Shown here piece after piece: positions 47,865 through 58,327 of a DNA stretch of 64,000 nt. Positions within the stretch are counted from its first letter, which is position 1; each line of letters opens with the position of its first letter. Made by a program: the position numbers and the translations under genes. The notes under the pieces are model-generated. The model worked only from the letters and a program-made list of their open reading frames with translations, was not told where the DNA came from and did no database searches. This DNA is from an uncultured Chloroflexia bacterium (lineage in GTDB: Bacteria > Chloroflexota > Limnocylindria > Limnocylindrales > CSP1-4): NCBI GenBank assembly GCA_963776925.1, contig CAVZON010000002.1, positions 58-64,057 on the forward strand. The letters run 5' to 3'.

Positions 47865-49774
47865 CGCGGCGCCGCCGGATCCGCCAGCCACAGCGCGACG
47901 CCTGGCGGCGTGGACGGCAGGGGGAGGTGCCCGCCGGTCACGGTCGCCCGGCCTCCGGTCAGCCGTTCGTGGAAGGTCGTTCCGTCGGGGATCGCCCCGC
48001 GTCCGACATCGAGCCCACCGGCCGGTCGCGACATCGGGCCCCGGCACACGACGACGACCGCCCAGGACGTGTCGGTGTCGCGCAGGTAGGCGAGGTGATC
48101 CGCACCCGTCTCGAGCACCTGGAAGCCGCCGCGATGGAGCGCGGGCGTGGAGGTCCGGGCGTGGACCAGCTCGCGCACGAACGCCAGGCGGTCGAGGTCC
48201 CAGGCCGCCCGGTCCCAGGGCATCGGCCGGCGGGTGTCGCGATCGTCCTCGCCCTCCATCCCGATCTCGTCGCCGTACAGCAGGCAGGGCACGCCGACCC
48301 CGGTCAGCAGCAGGCCGAACGCGGCCCGGATGCGCCCCTCGTCGCCGTCGAGCATGGTCTGGATCCGTGGCGTGTCGTGGCTGTCGAGCAGGGCGAGCTG
48401 GTGGCGTGCCACGGCCCATGGGATCGCCGCGCGGAAGGCCGTCATCGTGGCGGCGAGGTCGGGCGTCGCCGAGCGGCCGGCGCGGATGACCCGTCCGGTC
48501 GTGTGGCTCCACATCTCGATGCCGACGAGCCAGTCGAGGACCGGCCGCTGGAAGCCCCAGTAGTCCATCACGCCGTCCCACTGGTCGCCGGCCAGGTGGT
48601 CCGTGGCGTCGTAGGCGTGCTCGCCGAGCAGGTAGGCGTCGGGCTGCTCGGCCTTGACCGCGGCACGCATCCCGCGAGCCACGTCCGGTCCCAGCTGGTC
48701 GGGCCCCAGCCGCCCGAGCATGTTGGCGACGTCGATGCGCCAGCCGTCGACCGAATACGGCGGCCGCAGCCAGCGGCGCAGGACGCCGTCCGGACCGTCG
48801 TACATCGCCGCCCGCAGGTCGGCCGAGCGGTAGTCGAGCTTGGGCAGCGAAGCGACGCCGAGCCACGACGCATAGTCGTCCGGGTGCTCGCGGAACACGA
48901 AGTACGGCGCGGTCGGCGCCGCTGGATCGGCCTGGGCCGCGCGGAACCACGGATGCTCGACGCCGAGGTGGTTGGGGGCGATGTCGAGGATCAGCCGCAG
49001 ATCGCGCTCGCGCGTCGCCTGGCGCAGGGCGACGAGCGCGTCGTCACCCCCGAGATGGGGGGCGACATGCTCGTAGTCGAGGATGTCGTAGCCATGATTC
49101 GAGCGCGTGTCGAAGATCGGGGTGAGGTAGATCGCACCGACCCCGAGGTCGACGAGGTGGTCGAGATGCTCGGCGATGCCCTGCAGGTCGCCGCCGAAGA
49201 ACTCGACGATCCCGCGCATGTCGCGTGATGGCCGGGCATCCCACGGCATGTGTCGGGCGGTCTGGCCGCGATACGTCCAGGCGCCGTCCCCCACGTCGTT
49301 GGCAGGGTCGCCGTTGGCGAACCGGTCCGGGAAGATCTGGTAGACGACGCGATCGGCGAGCCAGCGCGGCGGATCGTAGCCCGCGACCAGCACGAAGTCG
49401 TCGCGATCGGTCGGCGTGGCGGTGTGGACGCCGGTCCCGTTGAGCCAGCGTGGGCCGTCCTCGGTCAACGCGAGGAAGCGGTAGCCGGTCGATGGCATCG
49501 TCAGCTCGAGCTCCACCTCCCACCAGCGAGCGGCGGGTCCGGCGTCCGCTTCGACCATCTCCACGAAGACCTGCTCGCCGTCGGGTGTCCAGCGCAGCAG
49601 GATCCGCTCGATCGGCGCGTCCGGCGCCGCGCGGACCCGCAGCCGCAGGCGGTCGCCGATCCGCAACCGGTCGGGCTCCACTCCCGGGCAGGGCACGACG
49701 TAGCGACCGGACCCGTCGTGGTGGAGCGACTCGAGGCGGCTCATGGCGCCGCCGACGGTGGAGCGCGTCGTCAT
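47861..49774 (-). CDS. GH13 maltodextrin glucosidase-like enzyme (MalZ-like, with N-terminal domain)
   Basis: Intact 637 aa. YQIFPDRFANG; regions I ILDIAPNHLG, II GWRIDVANM, III YLLGEHAY, IV LLDSHDTPR. Confidence 0.88.
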   Translation of the reverse strand: MTTRSTVGGAMSRLESLHHDGSGRYVVPCPGVEPDRLRIGDRLRLRVRAAPDAPIERILLRWTPDGEQVFVEMVEADAGPAARWWEVELELTMPSTGYRFLALTEDGPRWLNGTGVHTATPTDRDDFVLVAGYDPPRWLADRVVYQIFPDRFANGDPANDVGDGAWTYRGQTARHMPWDARPSRDMRGIVEFFGGDLQGIAEHLDHLVDLGVGAIYLTPIFDTRSNHGYDILDYEHVAPHLGGDDALVALRQATRERDLRLILDIAPNHLGVEHPWFRAAQADPAAPTAPYFVFREHPDDYASWLGVASLPKLDYRSADLRAAMYDGPDGVLRRWLRPPYSVDGWRIDVANMLGRLGPDQLGPDVARGMRAAVKAEQPDAYLLGEHAYDATDHLAGDQWDGVMDYWGFQRPVLDWLVGIEMWSHTTGRVIRAGRSATPDLAATMTAFRAAIPWAVARHQLALLDSHDTPRIQTMLDGDEGRIRAAFGLLLTGVGVPCLLYGDEIGMEGEDDRDTRRPMPWDRAAWDLDRLAFVRELVHARTSTPALHRGGFQVLETGADHLAYLRDTDTSWAVVVVCRGPMSRPAGGLDVGRGAIPDGTTFHERLTGGRATVTGGHLPLPSTPPGVALWLADPAAPR

Positions 49775-49777
49775 GGC

Positions 49778-51346
49778 TCAGCCGATGAGCAGGACCGCGC
49801 CGTCGCGTGGCGGCAGCGTGAGGGTGAGGCGACCGTCGACCACCGTCGCCACGTCCGGCCATGGCCCGGCCGGCTGCCCCGACCAGCGTTGGGTCGCGAA
49901 CGTCCGGCCATCCAGCCAGGCCAGGTCGATCGACAGCTCGTGTGGCCCGTGCCCGCTGTTGATCGCCACGAGGGCGACCGCCGGCCCGTCCTCACGCACG
50001 AACGCGATCGCCGGCCCGTCCGCGGCGACGACCCGGAACGAGCCATGGCGCAACACCGGCTGCGCATGCCGCAGGGCCGCCGCTCCGGACATCGCCGCCA
50101 GCAGTGGTCGGTCCCACGTCTCGGGGTGGTCCCACGGGAAGGCCCCGCGGTTGTGTGGGTCCAGCTCGCCGGTCATCCCGACCTCGTCGCCGTAGTAGAT
50201 CGACGGCGCGCCCGGGACGGTCATCTGGAGCAGCGTCGCCAGCCGCAGCGACGTCGTGTCGCCGCTGACCATCGACAGGAAGCGCGGCGTGTCGTGGCTG
50301 TCGAGCAGGTTGAGCTGCGACGCGATGACCGACGGCGGATACACGGTCAACGCGCGCTCCAGCCGGCCGGCGAAGGTCGGGCCATCCTCCTCGCGCACGG
50401 CGGCGCCGATCGTGTAGTGCTGGTCGAGCACCCGTCGATCCAGGTGGCCGGCCCCGACGAACGAGGTGATGGCCGCGCCGAGCGGGTAGTTCATGAGCGC
50501 GTCGTACTGGTCGCCCTGGAGGACGTGCGGCTGCTCGTTCCAGATCTCGGCCACGATGTACGCATCGGGGTCGATGGCCTTGACCCGCCGGCGGAACTCG
50601 CGCCAGAACTCGTCGGGGACCTCGTTCGGGACATCCAGCCGCCAGCCGTCGGCGCCGAACCGGATCCAGTGCTCGGCGACGTCGAGCAGGTAGGACCGGA
50701 CGGCGGGATTGTCGGTGTTCAGCTTGGGCAGCGCGGGGAGGCCCCACCAGGCCTGGTAGCCGAAGCGGGCCACCGAGTCATGGCCGGCCCGTTGCTCATC
50801 GGTGATCGTCGCCAGGTCGACGGTCACATCCTCCAGCGGGTAGGCACGCACCGTGCGGCCGGCCGCGAGCGCCTCGCGGTCGAAGTAGAACCAGTCGACG
50901 TAGGGCGAGGCAAGCCCCGCCTCCATCACGTGGTGGAACGGCCAGAACCCGCGGCTGGCGTGGTTGAACACGCCGTCGAGCACGAATCGCATGCCCCGGG
51001 CGTGACAGGCGTCGATGAGCTCGCGCAGCGCCGCGTCACCGCCGAGGAGCGGGTCGACCGACAGGTAGTCATAGGTGTGATAGCGGTGATTCGACGCCGA
51101 CTGGAAGATCGGGTTGCAGTAGATGGCCGTGGCGCCGAGTGCCTGGATGTGGTCGAGATGGTCGGCGATCCCGTACAGGTCGCCGCCCTTGAACCCGTAC
51201 ACGGTCGGCGGGCTGTCCCACGGCTCCAGCGGCCCGGGCGCCGGCACCCGGCCGCTCCGGGCGAAGCGGTCGGGGAAGACCTGGTAGAAGACCGCGTCCC
51301 GGACCCAGGCTGGGGTCCAGGACGCGTCCGATGCGGTGTCGGTCAC
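49778..51346 (-). CDS. GH13 alpha-glucosidase / neopullulanase-like enzyme
   Basis: Intact 522 aa. FYQVFPDRFA; regions I VLDGVFNHAS, II GWRLDVPNE, III YIVAEIWNE, IV LLDSHDTPR. Confidence 0.88.
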   Translation of the reverse strand: MTDTASDASWTPAWVRDAVFYQVFPDRFARSGRVPAPGPLEPWDSPPTVYGFKGGDLYGIADHLDHIQALGATAIYCNPIFQSASNHRYHTYDYLSVDPLLGGDAALRELIDACHARGMRFVLDGVFNHASRGFWPFHHVMEAGLASPYVDWFYFDREALAAGRTVRAYPLEDVTVDLATITDEQRAGHDSVARFGYQAWWGLPALPKLNTDNPAVRSYLLDVAEHWIRFGADGWRLDVPNEVPDEFWREFRRRVKAIDPDAYIVAEIWNEQPHVLQGDQYDALMNYPLGAAITSFVGAGHLDRRVLDQHYTIGAAVREEDGPTFAGRLERALTVYPPSVIASQLNLLDSHDTPRFLSMVSGDTTSLRLATLLQMTVPGAPSIYYGDEVGMTGELDPHNRGAFPWDHPETWDRPLLAAMSGAAALRHAQPVLRHGSFRVVAADGPAIAFVREDGPAVALVAINSGHGPHELSIDLAWLDGRTFATQRWSGQPAGPWPDVATVVDGRLTLTLPPRDGAVLLIG

Positions 51347-51364
51347 GGGCGGGCGGTCGACCCG

Positions 51365-52217
51365 TCAGCCCTTCACGGCGCCGGCCGTCAGGCCGCCGGC
51401 GATGTACTTCTGGAAGTAGAAGAAGAGCAGGACCGTCGGGATGGCGGTCAGCAGCGTGCCGGCCGCGAACAGCCCGAAGTTCGCGTTGCGCTCGCCGGCG
51501 ACCAGGCCATACAGCCCGACCGCCAGCGTCTTGCTCTCGCTCTGGGTGAGGAACACGCTGGCCATCAGGAACTCGTTGATGGCGCCGATGAACGACAGCA
51601 CGCCGACGACGGCGAGGATCGGCGTCACCAGCGGCAGGATGATCCGGAAGAACGTCACGGAGTGCGACGCCCCGTCGACCTTGGCCGACTCGTCGAGCTC
51701 GATCGGCACGGTGTCGAAGAAGCCCTTCATCAGCCACGTGTTCACGCCGAGGGCGCCGCCCATGTACAGCAGGATCAGGCTCCACGAGGTGTTGAAGCCG
51801 ATCGGCGGGTACAGCTCCGAGATCTGCGTGAACATGATGTAGATGGTCACGATGGCCAGGAACTGCGGGAACATCTGGATGAGCAGCAGGAACAGCAGCC
51901 CCGGTCGGCGGCCCGGAGAAGCGGAAGCGCGAGAACGCATAGGCCGCGAACGTCGACAGGCTCAGCGAGAACAGGGTCGCGCCGCCGGCGACGACGACCG
52001 AGTTGATGAACCAGTCGGTGAAGTCGGTCCGGTTGAACAGGTTCTCGAAGTTGACCAGGCTGGCGCCCGTCGGGATGAGCGTGCTCGAGCTGAGGGTGCC
52101 CTGCGGGTTGAACGCCGCCGACGCCACGAACAGGATCGGGAACAGCGCGAAGATGCAGGCCCCGATGGCGACCAGGTGACGCCAGCCGACGCGGCTGAAC
52201 CAGTTCTGACCGGTCAT
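51365..52217 (-). CDS. malG: maltose/maltodextrin ABC transporter permease (MalG-like; frame break ~51910)
   Basis: N-terminus MTGQNWFSRVGWRHLVAIGACIFALFPILFV…, EAA loop …IELDESAKVDGASHSVTFFRIILP…. ATG 52217 overlaps the malF stop. Confidence 0.85.
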
Positions 52218-53793
52218 CGGTTCACCTCCTCGAGAGCTGCGGTGCGGCGGAAGCCGATGATCGACACGGTGGCGACGATCAGGAAGATGAGGATCGAGAC
52301 GGCGGCGGCGAAGCCGTACTGCGCGCCGCCGGCCGCGAAGGCCAGCTTGTAGACCAGGCTGACCAGCAGGTCGGTCGCTCCGGCGCGCGGGTTGTCCGGC
52401 GGGAACGGGCCACCGTTGGTGGTCAGGGCGATGATGTTGAAGTTGTTGAAGTTGAACGCGAACGACGAGATGAGCAGTGGCGCGATCGCCACGAGGAGCA
52501 GCGGGAAGACGACCGCGCGGAACGCCTGGTAGCGCCTCGCCCCGTCGACCGCCGCGGCCTCCGTCAGGTCCTTGGGGATCGCCTGGAGCGCACCCAGGCA
52601 GACCAGGAACATGTACGGATAGCCCAGCCAGAACTGGATGAACAGGATCGCGGCACGGGCGGTCCAGACCTCGCCGAACCAGTTGATCGACTGCCCGGTC
52701 AGCGTGTTGATCAGGCCGAAGTCCTGGTTGAACATGTCGCGCCAGACCAGGAGCATCGCGAACGACGGCATCGCGTAGGGCAGGACGATGAGGACCCGGT
52801 AGCAGCGCAGCGCGCGCAGGTCGGGCGAGTTGAGGGCCATCGCCACCAGCAGCCCGGCGATGAACGTGATGAGCACCGACAGGAAGGCGAACCCGAAGTT
52901 CCAGACGAGGATGCTCAGGAACGGGCCGGACACGGCCGGGTCGGTGAAGGCGCGGGTGAAGTTCGACAGGCCGACGTTGACCTGCCAGCCCTGTGGCAGG
53001 GTCGTGCCGTCCTCGGCGACGAACGAGCCCACATCGTTGTCGGCCGTCCAGACCTCGCCGGTCGCCGAATCGGTGATGCAGTCGCAGGCCTCGTCGTAGG
53101 ACCGGCGTCGGATTGCCCTCGAAGGCGCGACTCAACCCCTGGCTCTTGATCGCGCCCGTTCTCGGTCGGGACGAAGAATGTCTCCAGCTCCTCGGATCGG
53201 GCGCCGACCTCATCGGCGCTCAGCAGGACCAGGCCCTCCGGCGCCTCGGTGACCTTGCCGCGCTCGTTGAGCACCGCGTCGGGCAGCGGGGTCAGACCCT
53301 CGGCGTCGCCCTGCTGGGCGGTCATCGTCTCGGGGTCGACGAGCAGGAACACCAGGTCGCCGGTGGCCGCGTCGCCCTCGGCGGCGATCGTCAGGACGTA
53401 CTCGGTCGAGCCCTCGACCTGCTGGACGCTGCCGCGCTCGACTGCGGCGATGGCGTCCTCCTTGGTGCCGCGATGGCCGTCACCGAAGTTGGTGAAGGCG
53501 GTGGCCCCCGTGAAGATCACCGGGATGACCTGGAAGATGATCAGGAAGATCGTGCCCGGGACGAGGTACTTGATCGGGATGTGGACCGGCTGGAGGTAGA
53601 TGGCGTAGAGCGCGATCGTCGTGACCACGACGATCGCCAGCAGGACCCACTGCTCCGTCGCGATCAGCGGGATGGCGAGCCAGACGGCGATCGCGGTCAC
53701 GACCGCCAGCAGGATGATCTTCCCGATCAGACCCCCCGTGGTCTGCGCCTGCAGGCTGAAGCCACTCGGCCTGCCCGCATCCGGCTCCATCAT
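52214..53793 (-). CDS. malF: maltose/maltodextrin ABC transporter permease (MalF-like with large periplasmic loop; 2-3 frame breaks ~53050-53160)
   Basis: N-terminal TMs (…IGKIILLAVVTAIAVWLAIPL…), long loop, then …LSILVWNFGFAFLSVLITFIAGL… and EAA loop LTEAAAVDGARRYQAFRAVVFPLL. Confidence 0.85.
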
Positions 53794-53877
53794 CGGTGGG
53801 CTCCTCCCTGGACCTGAACGATGGGGTTGCCACCGGGCGCCGCCTCGTGGCGACGCCCGGTGCGCGGTGGCGCGGGG

Positions 53878-55187
53878 TTACTGGGCGGCGATGCCGTCGC
53901 GGATGGCCTTGGCCGCCGATTCGAGCGCGGTCTTGGGATCATCACCCTTGATGATCGCCGCCTCCGCGACGCCGAACGGGCGCCCAGACCTGGCCCATCG
54001 CCGGGATGGCCGGCAGGATGGTGCCGCCTGCTGCGGCGGTCTGGAACTTCGCGATGTTCGGGTCGGTGGCCTTGGCCGCCTCAAGGGACTCGTTCAGCGC
54101 CGGGCGCCGCGGCTCGGCCGCGAACAGGGCTGACTGGACCTCAGCGGTGGTCAGGAAGTTCGTGGCGAACTCCTGGGCCAGGGCCTTGTTCTGCCCCTTG
54201 CTGGCGAGATAGAAGCCGTTGACGCCGATGAACGGGCCAGCCGCCTCCTTGCCTTCCCAGCCCGGGATCGGGCAGATCTCGTACGGGGTGCCGGACTTCT
54301 CGATGTCGGCGACGGCCCACGGTCCGGAGACCAGGAACGGCGCCTTCTTGTCGAAGAACAGCGGGATGGCGTTGGTGTTGTCGATCGACGTCTTGAGTGC
54401 CCCGGACCCGGTCTCGCCGATGCCCTTGAGCAGCTCGCCTGCGGCGATCGAGCCTTCGGAGTCGACCGTCACGTTCTCGGGATCGGGATCGCCCTCGGGG
54501 GTCAGCCCGAAGAACGAGCCGCCGCCCGACGCGAACAGCGGATAGATGTGATACGCGTCGCCGGCCTGGCCGCTCTGCAGCGACATGACCTCGGTGGCGG
54601 TGCCGTCGGCGACGAGTGCCTCGCCGGTCGAGACGAGCGCCTCCATCGTGGCCGGGCAGGCGTCGACCATGTCGGTGTTCATGAACAGGCCGATGTTCTC
54701 GACCGAGTACGGGATGCCGTACAGCTGGCCGTCGAAGGTCATGCCCTGGACCGCCAGTGGGTCGAACCCGGAGGTGTCCGACATCTGGATCGGGTCGATC
54801 GCGCTGTTGGCGACCAGCTGCCCGACCACGTCATGCGCCCAGACGACGATGTCCGGCGCCGTGCCGGCTTCACTCGCGGTCAGGAAGTTCGGGATGATGT
54901 CGGCCGAGATCGCCTCGACCCGCACGGTCACCCCGTTGTCCTCGCCGAACTGCGCGGCGAGCGGCTCCAGGGCGGCAGCGCGCTTGTCGTCCGCCCAGAT
55001 CACCAGGTCGGCATCGCCTGCGGCGCCACTGGCCGCGGCGGACGGTGCCGCCGATGCGTCGGCGGATGGGGCCGCGGCGGACTCCGCGGCACTCGGGGCG
55101 GCGGACGTTCCGCCGCCACCGCTGCAGGCGGCGACGATCAGGGTCAAGTCCCAGGATCGCCGCGACGCTGCGTCGCTTGTCGGTCAT
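53878..55187 (-). CDS. malE: maltose/maltodextrin-binding lipoprotein (MalE-like; frame breaks ~55145 and ~53990)
   Basis: MTDKRRSVAAILGL/TLIVAACSGGGG (lipobox VAAC), …LVIWADDKRAAALEPLAAQFGEDNGVTV…VVWAHD…GIPYSVENIGLFMN…, C-terminus …AIIKGDDPKTALESAAKAIRDGIAAQ*. Confidence 0.85.
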
Positions 55188-55259
55188 CTCTGTATCTCCT
55201 CCATCGATGACGTGTCGTTCGACCGGGCCCCGGTGGCACCGATCGCATGGGTCACGAGT

Positions 55260-56336
55260 TCACTGGCTCAGGACAGGGTCTCGGTCACCTCCTGCTTCGA
55301 TCGCGTGGCTGGTGCTGCCTCGGATGACGAGGCGCACGTCGAGTCGGCGATGGGCAGACGGGCCGGCGGGATCCGTGGACGGCTCGCGCAGGAGGAGGCG
55401 CACGGCCTCCTCGCCCTTCTGGTGGATCGGCTGGTGGATGGTCGTCAGCGGCGGGTCGGTGTAGCGAGCGAGGTCGATGTCGTCGAACCCGACGATCGAC
55501 AGCTCGGCCGGGACCCGGATGCGCTGCTCCCGTGCCGCATGCAGCGCCCCGATCGCCGTCGCGTCGCTCATCGCCAGCACCGCGGTCGGGCGCAGCCCGT
55601 CACCCCACGCGGCATGGAACGCCTGGCGGCCACCCTCGATCGTCGTCGGGGCGATGACGAGGTCCTCGTCGCCGAGGTTGATCCCGGCCCCGCGCAGGAC
55701 CGTCCGATAGCCGCGCATGCGCGCCGCCCCGACGGCCGCGGTCCGGCCCCCGGAGCCGGCCGGCGGCTCCACACCGAGCACGAGGAAGCGCCGATGGCCC
55801 AGCCCGAGCAGGTGTTCGGCGGCCATCCGGCCACCGCCCTCGTTGTCCACGCTGATGCTCGGCTCGTCGTCGGTCTCCGGGGCGTCCACCACGACCAGGC
55901 GCATGCCCGACCTTCGGACCCGCGCGACATCCGGATGGCTCGACGACAGGCCGACCGCGATGATCCCGTCGACGCTCGCCCGGTCGACCGCCCGGCCCAG
56001 CGATCCATGCAGCGGGGAGATGAACTGGAGCGCGTAGCCCGCCCGCTCGGCCTCCACCGCCACGCCGGCCGCGAACGCCGCGTGGTACGGGTTGTTGAAC
56101 GTCAGCTCCAGCGATTGCGGTGTGAGGATGCCCAGCGTCCCGGTCCGTCGCTGGGCCAGGGAGCGCGCCACCGGATCGGGCCGGTAGTTCATCGCCGAGG
56201 CGATGTCGTGGATGTGGCTGACCGTCTCGGCGCTCAGGCGCGTCGGGGCGTTGAACGCGAACGACACGGCGGTCTTGGACACGCCGGCCGCCTTGGCCAC
56301 GTCCGCGATGGTCGTCCGCCGCAACGTCGACTGCAC
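55260..56336 (-). CDS. LacI-family transcriptional regulator (likely GTG start 56336; ORF extends to 56393)
   Basis: HTH TIADVAKAAGVSKTAVSFAFN…, sugar-binding core …VDGIIAV…, …IVGFDDIDLARYTDPPLTTIHQP…. Same strand as, and directly upstream of, malE. Confidence 0.88.
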   Translation of the reverse strand: MQSTLRRTTIADVAKAAGVSKTAVSFAFNAPTRLSAETVSHIHDIASAMNYRPDPVARSLAQRRTGTLGILTPQSLELTFNNPYHAAFAAGVAVEAERAGYALQFISPLHGSLGRAVDRASVDGIIAVGLSSSHPDVARVRRSGMRLVVVDAPETDDEPSISVDNEGGGRMAAEHLLGLGHRRFLVLGVEPPAGSGGRTAAVGAARMRGYRTVLRGAGINLGDEDLVIAPTTIEGGRQAFHAAWGDGLRPTAVLAMSDATAIGALHAAREQRIRVPAELSIVGFDDIDLARYTDPPLTTIHQPIHQKGEEAVRLLLREPSTDPAGPSAHRRLDVRLVIRGSTSHAIEAGGDRDPVLSQ

Positions 56337-56404
56337 GGGTCCTCCGCTCCGGTCCCCGCTACCGACGCGCCACCGACGGGGATGCTGGCTCACCGCGTGA
56401 AAAG

Positions 56405-56425
56405 CGGTTTAGCAAACCGGTTTAG
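56405..56425. promoter_or_regulatory. candidate LacI-type operator: 10-bp palindrome AAACCGGTTT (56414-56423) inside a 13-bp-spaced direct repeat CGGTTTAG x2
   Basis: Lies in a locally AT-richer patch 70-90 nt upstream of the regulator start. The central CG palindrome resembles LacI-family half-sites (…AAAC|CG|GTTT…), but symmetry does not extend beyond 10 bp. Confidence 0.3.
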
Positions 56426-56452
56426 GGACAGTAGCGACGGGTCAGGACGGTG

Positions 56453-57130
56453 TCAAGACGGTGCCGAGCCGGTCGCGCCCGGGTCACCCAGGCGGAGGAC
56501 GCGCGCGACCTTCGACGGCACGTCCTCCAGGTCGACCAGGGTCGGCACCTCGGCCCGCGCCAGCTCCTCCAGCCCGCTCTCCGGCAGGTACGCCCGGCCC
56601 AGGTCGCCGGTCAGCACCAGCGCCCCCCGGCCGGCCAGCGCCCGCAGCCACGGCCCCATCCGGTCGGCCAGCTCGGACTCGTACCACACGTCGCCGGCCA
56701 GGACCACGTCCCAGCCGTCATCGCTCCCGATCGGGTCGGTCTCCTGCAGGGTCAGCGACACGTGGTTGGCCGCTGCGTTCAGCCGGGCCGCCTCGATCGC
56801 ATACGGCTCGATGTCGACCGCGACCACCTCGGTCGCCCCGGCCAGCGCTGCCGCGATCGCGACCACGCCCCCGCCCGCGCCGATGTCGGCGACCCGTCGA
56901 TCACGAACCAGCCCGGGGTTGTCCAGCACGTAGCGCGCCAGGACCTGGCCGCCCGCCCAGGGCCACGCCCAGTACGGCGGTGGCACCGGCAGCCGTGGGT
57001 CGGCCAGGGCCGCCGCTTCCCACAGCGGCATCGCCTCGCCGCCGACGTGCAGCCGCACCTCCGGCACGAACGGGCACGGCTCGAGGCGGGTGTGCGCCAC
57101 GATGAACCGGCGACGTGCCTCGGGATCCAC
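56453..57130 (-). CDS. class I SAM-dependent methyltransferase (small, COG3897-like)
   Basis: GTG 57130 preceded by GGAGGA. …PYWAWPWAGGQVLARYVLD…, motif I VADIGAGGGVVAIAAALAGA, …VLAGDVWYE…. This is the last 225 codons of ORF 56453-58327. Confidence 0.7.
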   Translation of the reverse strand: MDPEARRRFIVAHTRLEPCPFVPEVRLHVGGEAMPLWEAAALADPRLPVPPPYWAWPWAGGQVLARYVLDNPGLVRDRRVADIGAGGGVVAIAAALAGATEVVAVDIEPYAIEAARLNAAANHVSLTLQETDPIGSDDGWDVVLAGDVWYESELADRMGPWLRALAGRGALVLTGDLGRAYLPESGLEELARAEVPTLVDLEDVPSKVARVLRLGDPGATGSAPS

Positions 57131-57264
57131 GGTCGTTCGCTCCTCCGGTCGGCTCTTCCACGCTTGCGAAGGCTCCCCGGTCCCCTGCAAGTCCGTGTCG
57201 TCAGCCGCCGTCGTAGCGTACGCGACGGACGGTCGATGCCGGCCTGCTGCCCCGGACGATCCGC

Positions 57265-58327
57265 CTAGGGCAGGCGCCCGAACCACACGGCCGACAGGCC
57301 GGCGGCGAGGACGACGAGGACGAGGGCTCCGGCGGCGAACCAGGCCGTGACCTCCTGCTGCTCCTCGGTCGAGCCGAGGCGCGACTCGAGGTTGTCGTAG
57401 ACGGCCCGCAGGTCCTCCGCGGTCGGCGCGTCGAAGGCGGTCGCACCGGTGACCTCGGCGATCTGGGCGAGCGTCTCGGTGTCGGGCGGCACGTCGAGCG
57501 TGACCGGCTGGCCGAACTGGTCCTCGACCGTGACCCGGCCGTCGGCCGTGCCCAGGGCGATGGTGTAGATCGGCACGCCGAGCGCAGCGGCGCGCTCCGC
57601 GGCATCGAGCGGCTCGGCCTGGCCGACCGAGTTGGCCCCATCCGAGAGGAGGATCGCCGCGACGAGCGGCTCGTCGTCCGGCTGGTCGTCGGCGGTGCCC
57701 GGCGAGGCGGCGGGGTCGTCGCTCGCGGCGGGCGTCGTCGCTCGCGGTCGGGGCCGGGTCGGGCGTCGCCGCGGCGGCGTCGGCCGCCTGGATGTCCTCG
57801 GCGATGTCGAGGACCTGCATGAGCGCGTCGCCCATGGCCGTCCCGTCGAGCGGCTCGAGGCGATCGATGGCCTGGATGACCTGGTCGCGGTCGTCGGTCG
57901 GCTGGACGAGGGTCTGCGGTCGTGAGGCGAACGACACGACGCCGACCCGGATGCCCTCGGGGAGCTGGGCGACGAAGGAGCGCGCCGCGTCCTTGGCGGC
58001 ATCGAGGCGGGTCGGGGCGACGTCCGTCGCCTTCATCGAGCCGGACACGTCGATGGCGAGCATCACCGTGGCGTCCTCGCGCGGCACGGCCACGACCATC
58101 GAGGGTCGGGCGAGGCCGAGGACGAGGAAGGCGACCGCGGTGAGGTACAGCACCGGCGGGAGGTGGCGTCGCCACGAGGGGCGCTTGGGGGCGATGTTGG
58201 CAAGCAGGTCCAGGTTCGTGAACCGGACCGCGTAGCGCGAGCGGCGGCGCTGGGCCCACAGGTACAGCCCGATGAGGACCGGCACCAGGAGGAGGCCGAG
58301 CAGGAGGAGCGGGGCGAGGAAGGTCAT
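57265..58327 (-). CDS. VWA domain-containing membrane protein (BatA-like; frame break ~57760)
   Basis: N-terminal TMs MTFLAPLLLLGLLLVPVLIGLYLW…, MIDAS motif AIDVSGSM, …VVSFAS…, …ILLSDGANS…, C-terminal TM FAAGALVLVVLAAGLSAVWF. Confidence 0.8.

Noticed and set aside
49250-52006. 918-aa plus-strand ORF.
   Set aside because: It is antisense to the intact GH13 genes and malG. The composition is dominated by R/G/D/V/P with no recognisable domain.
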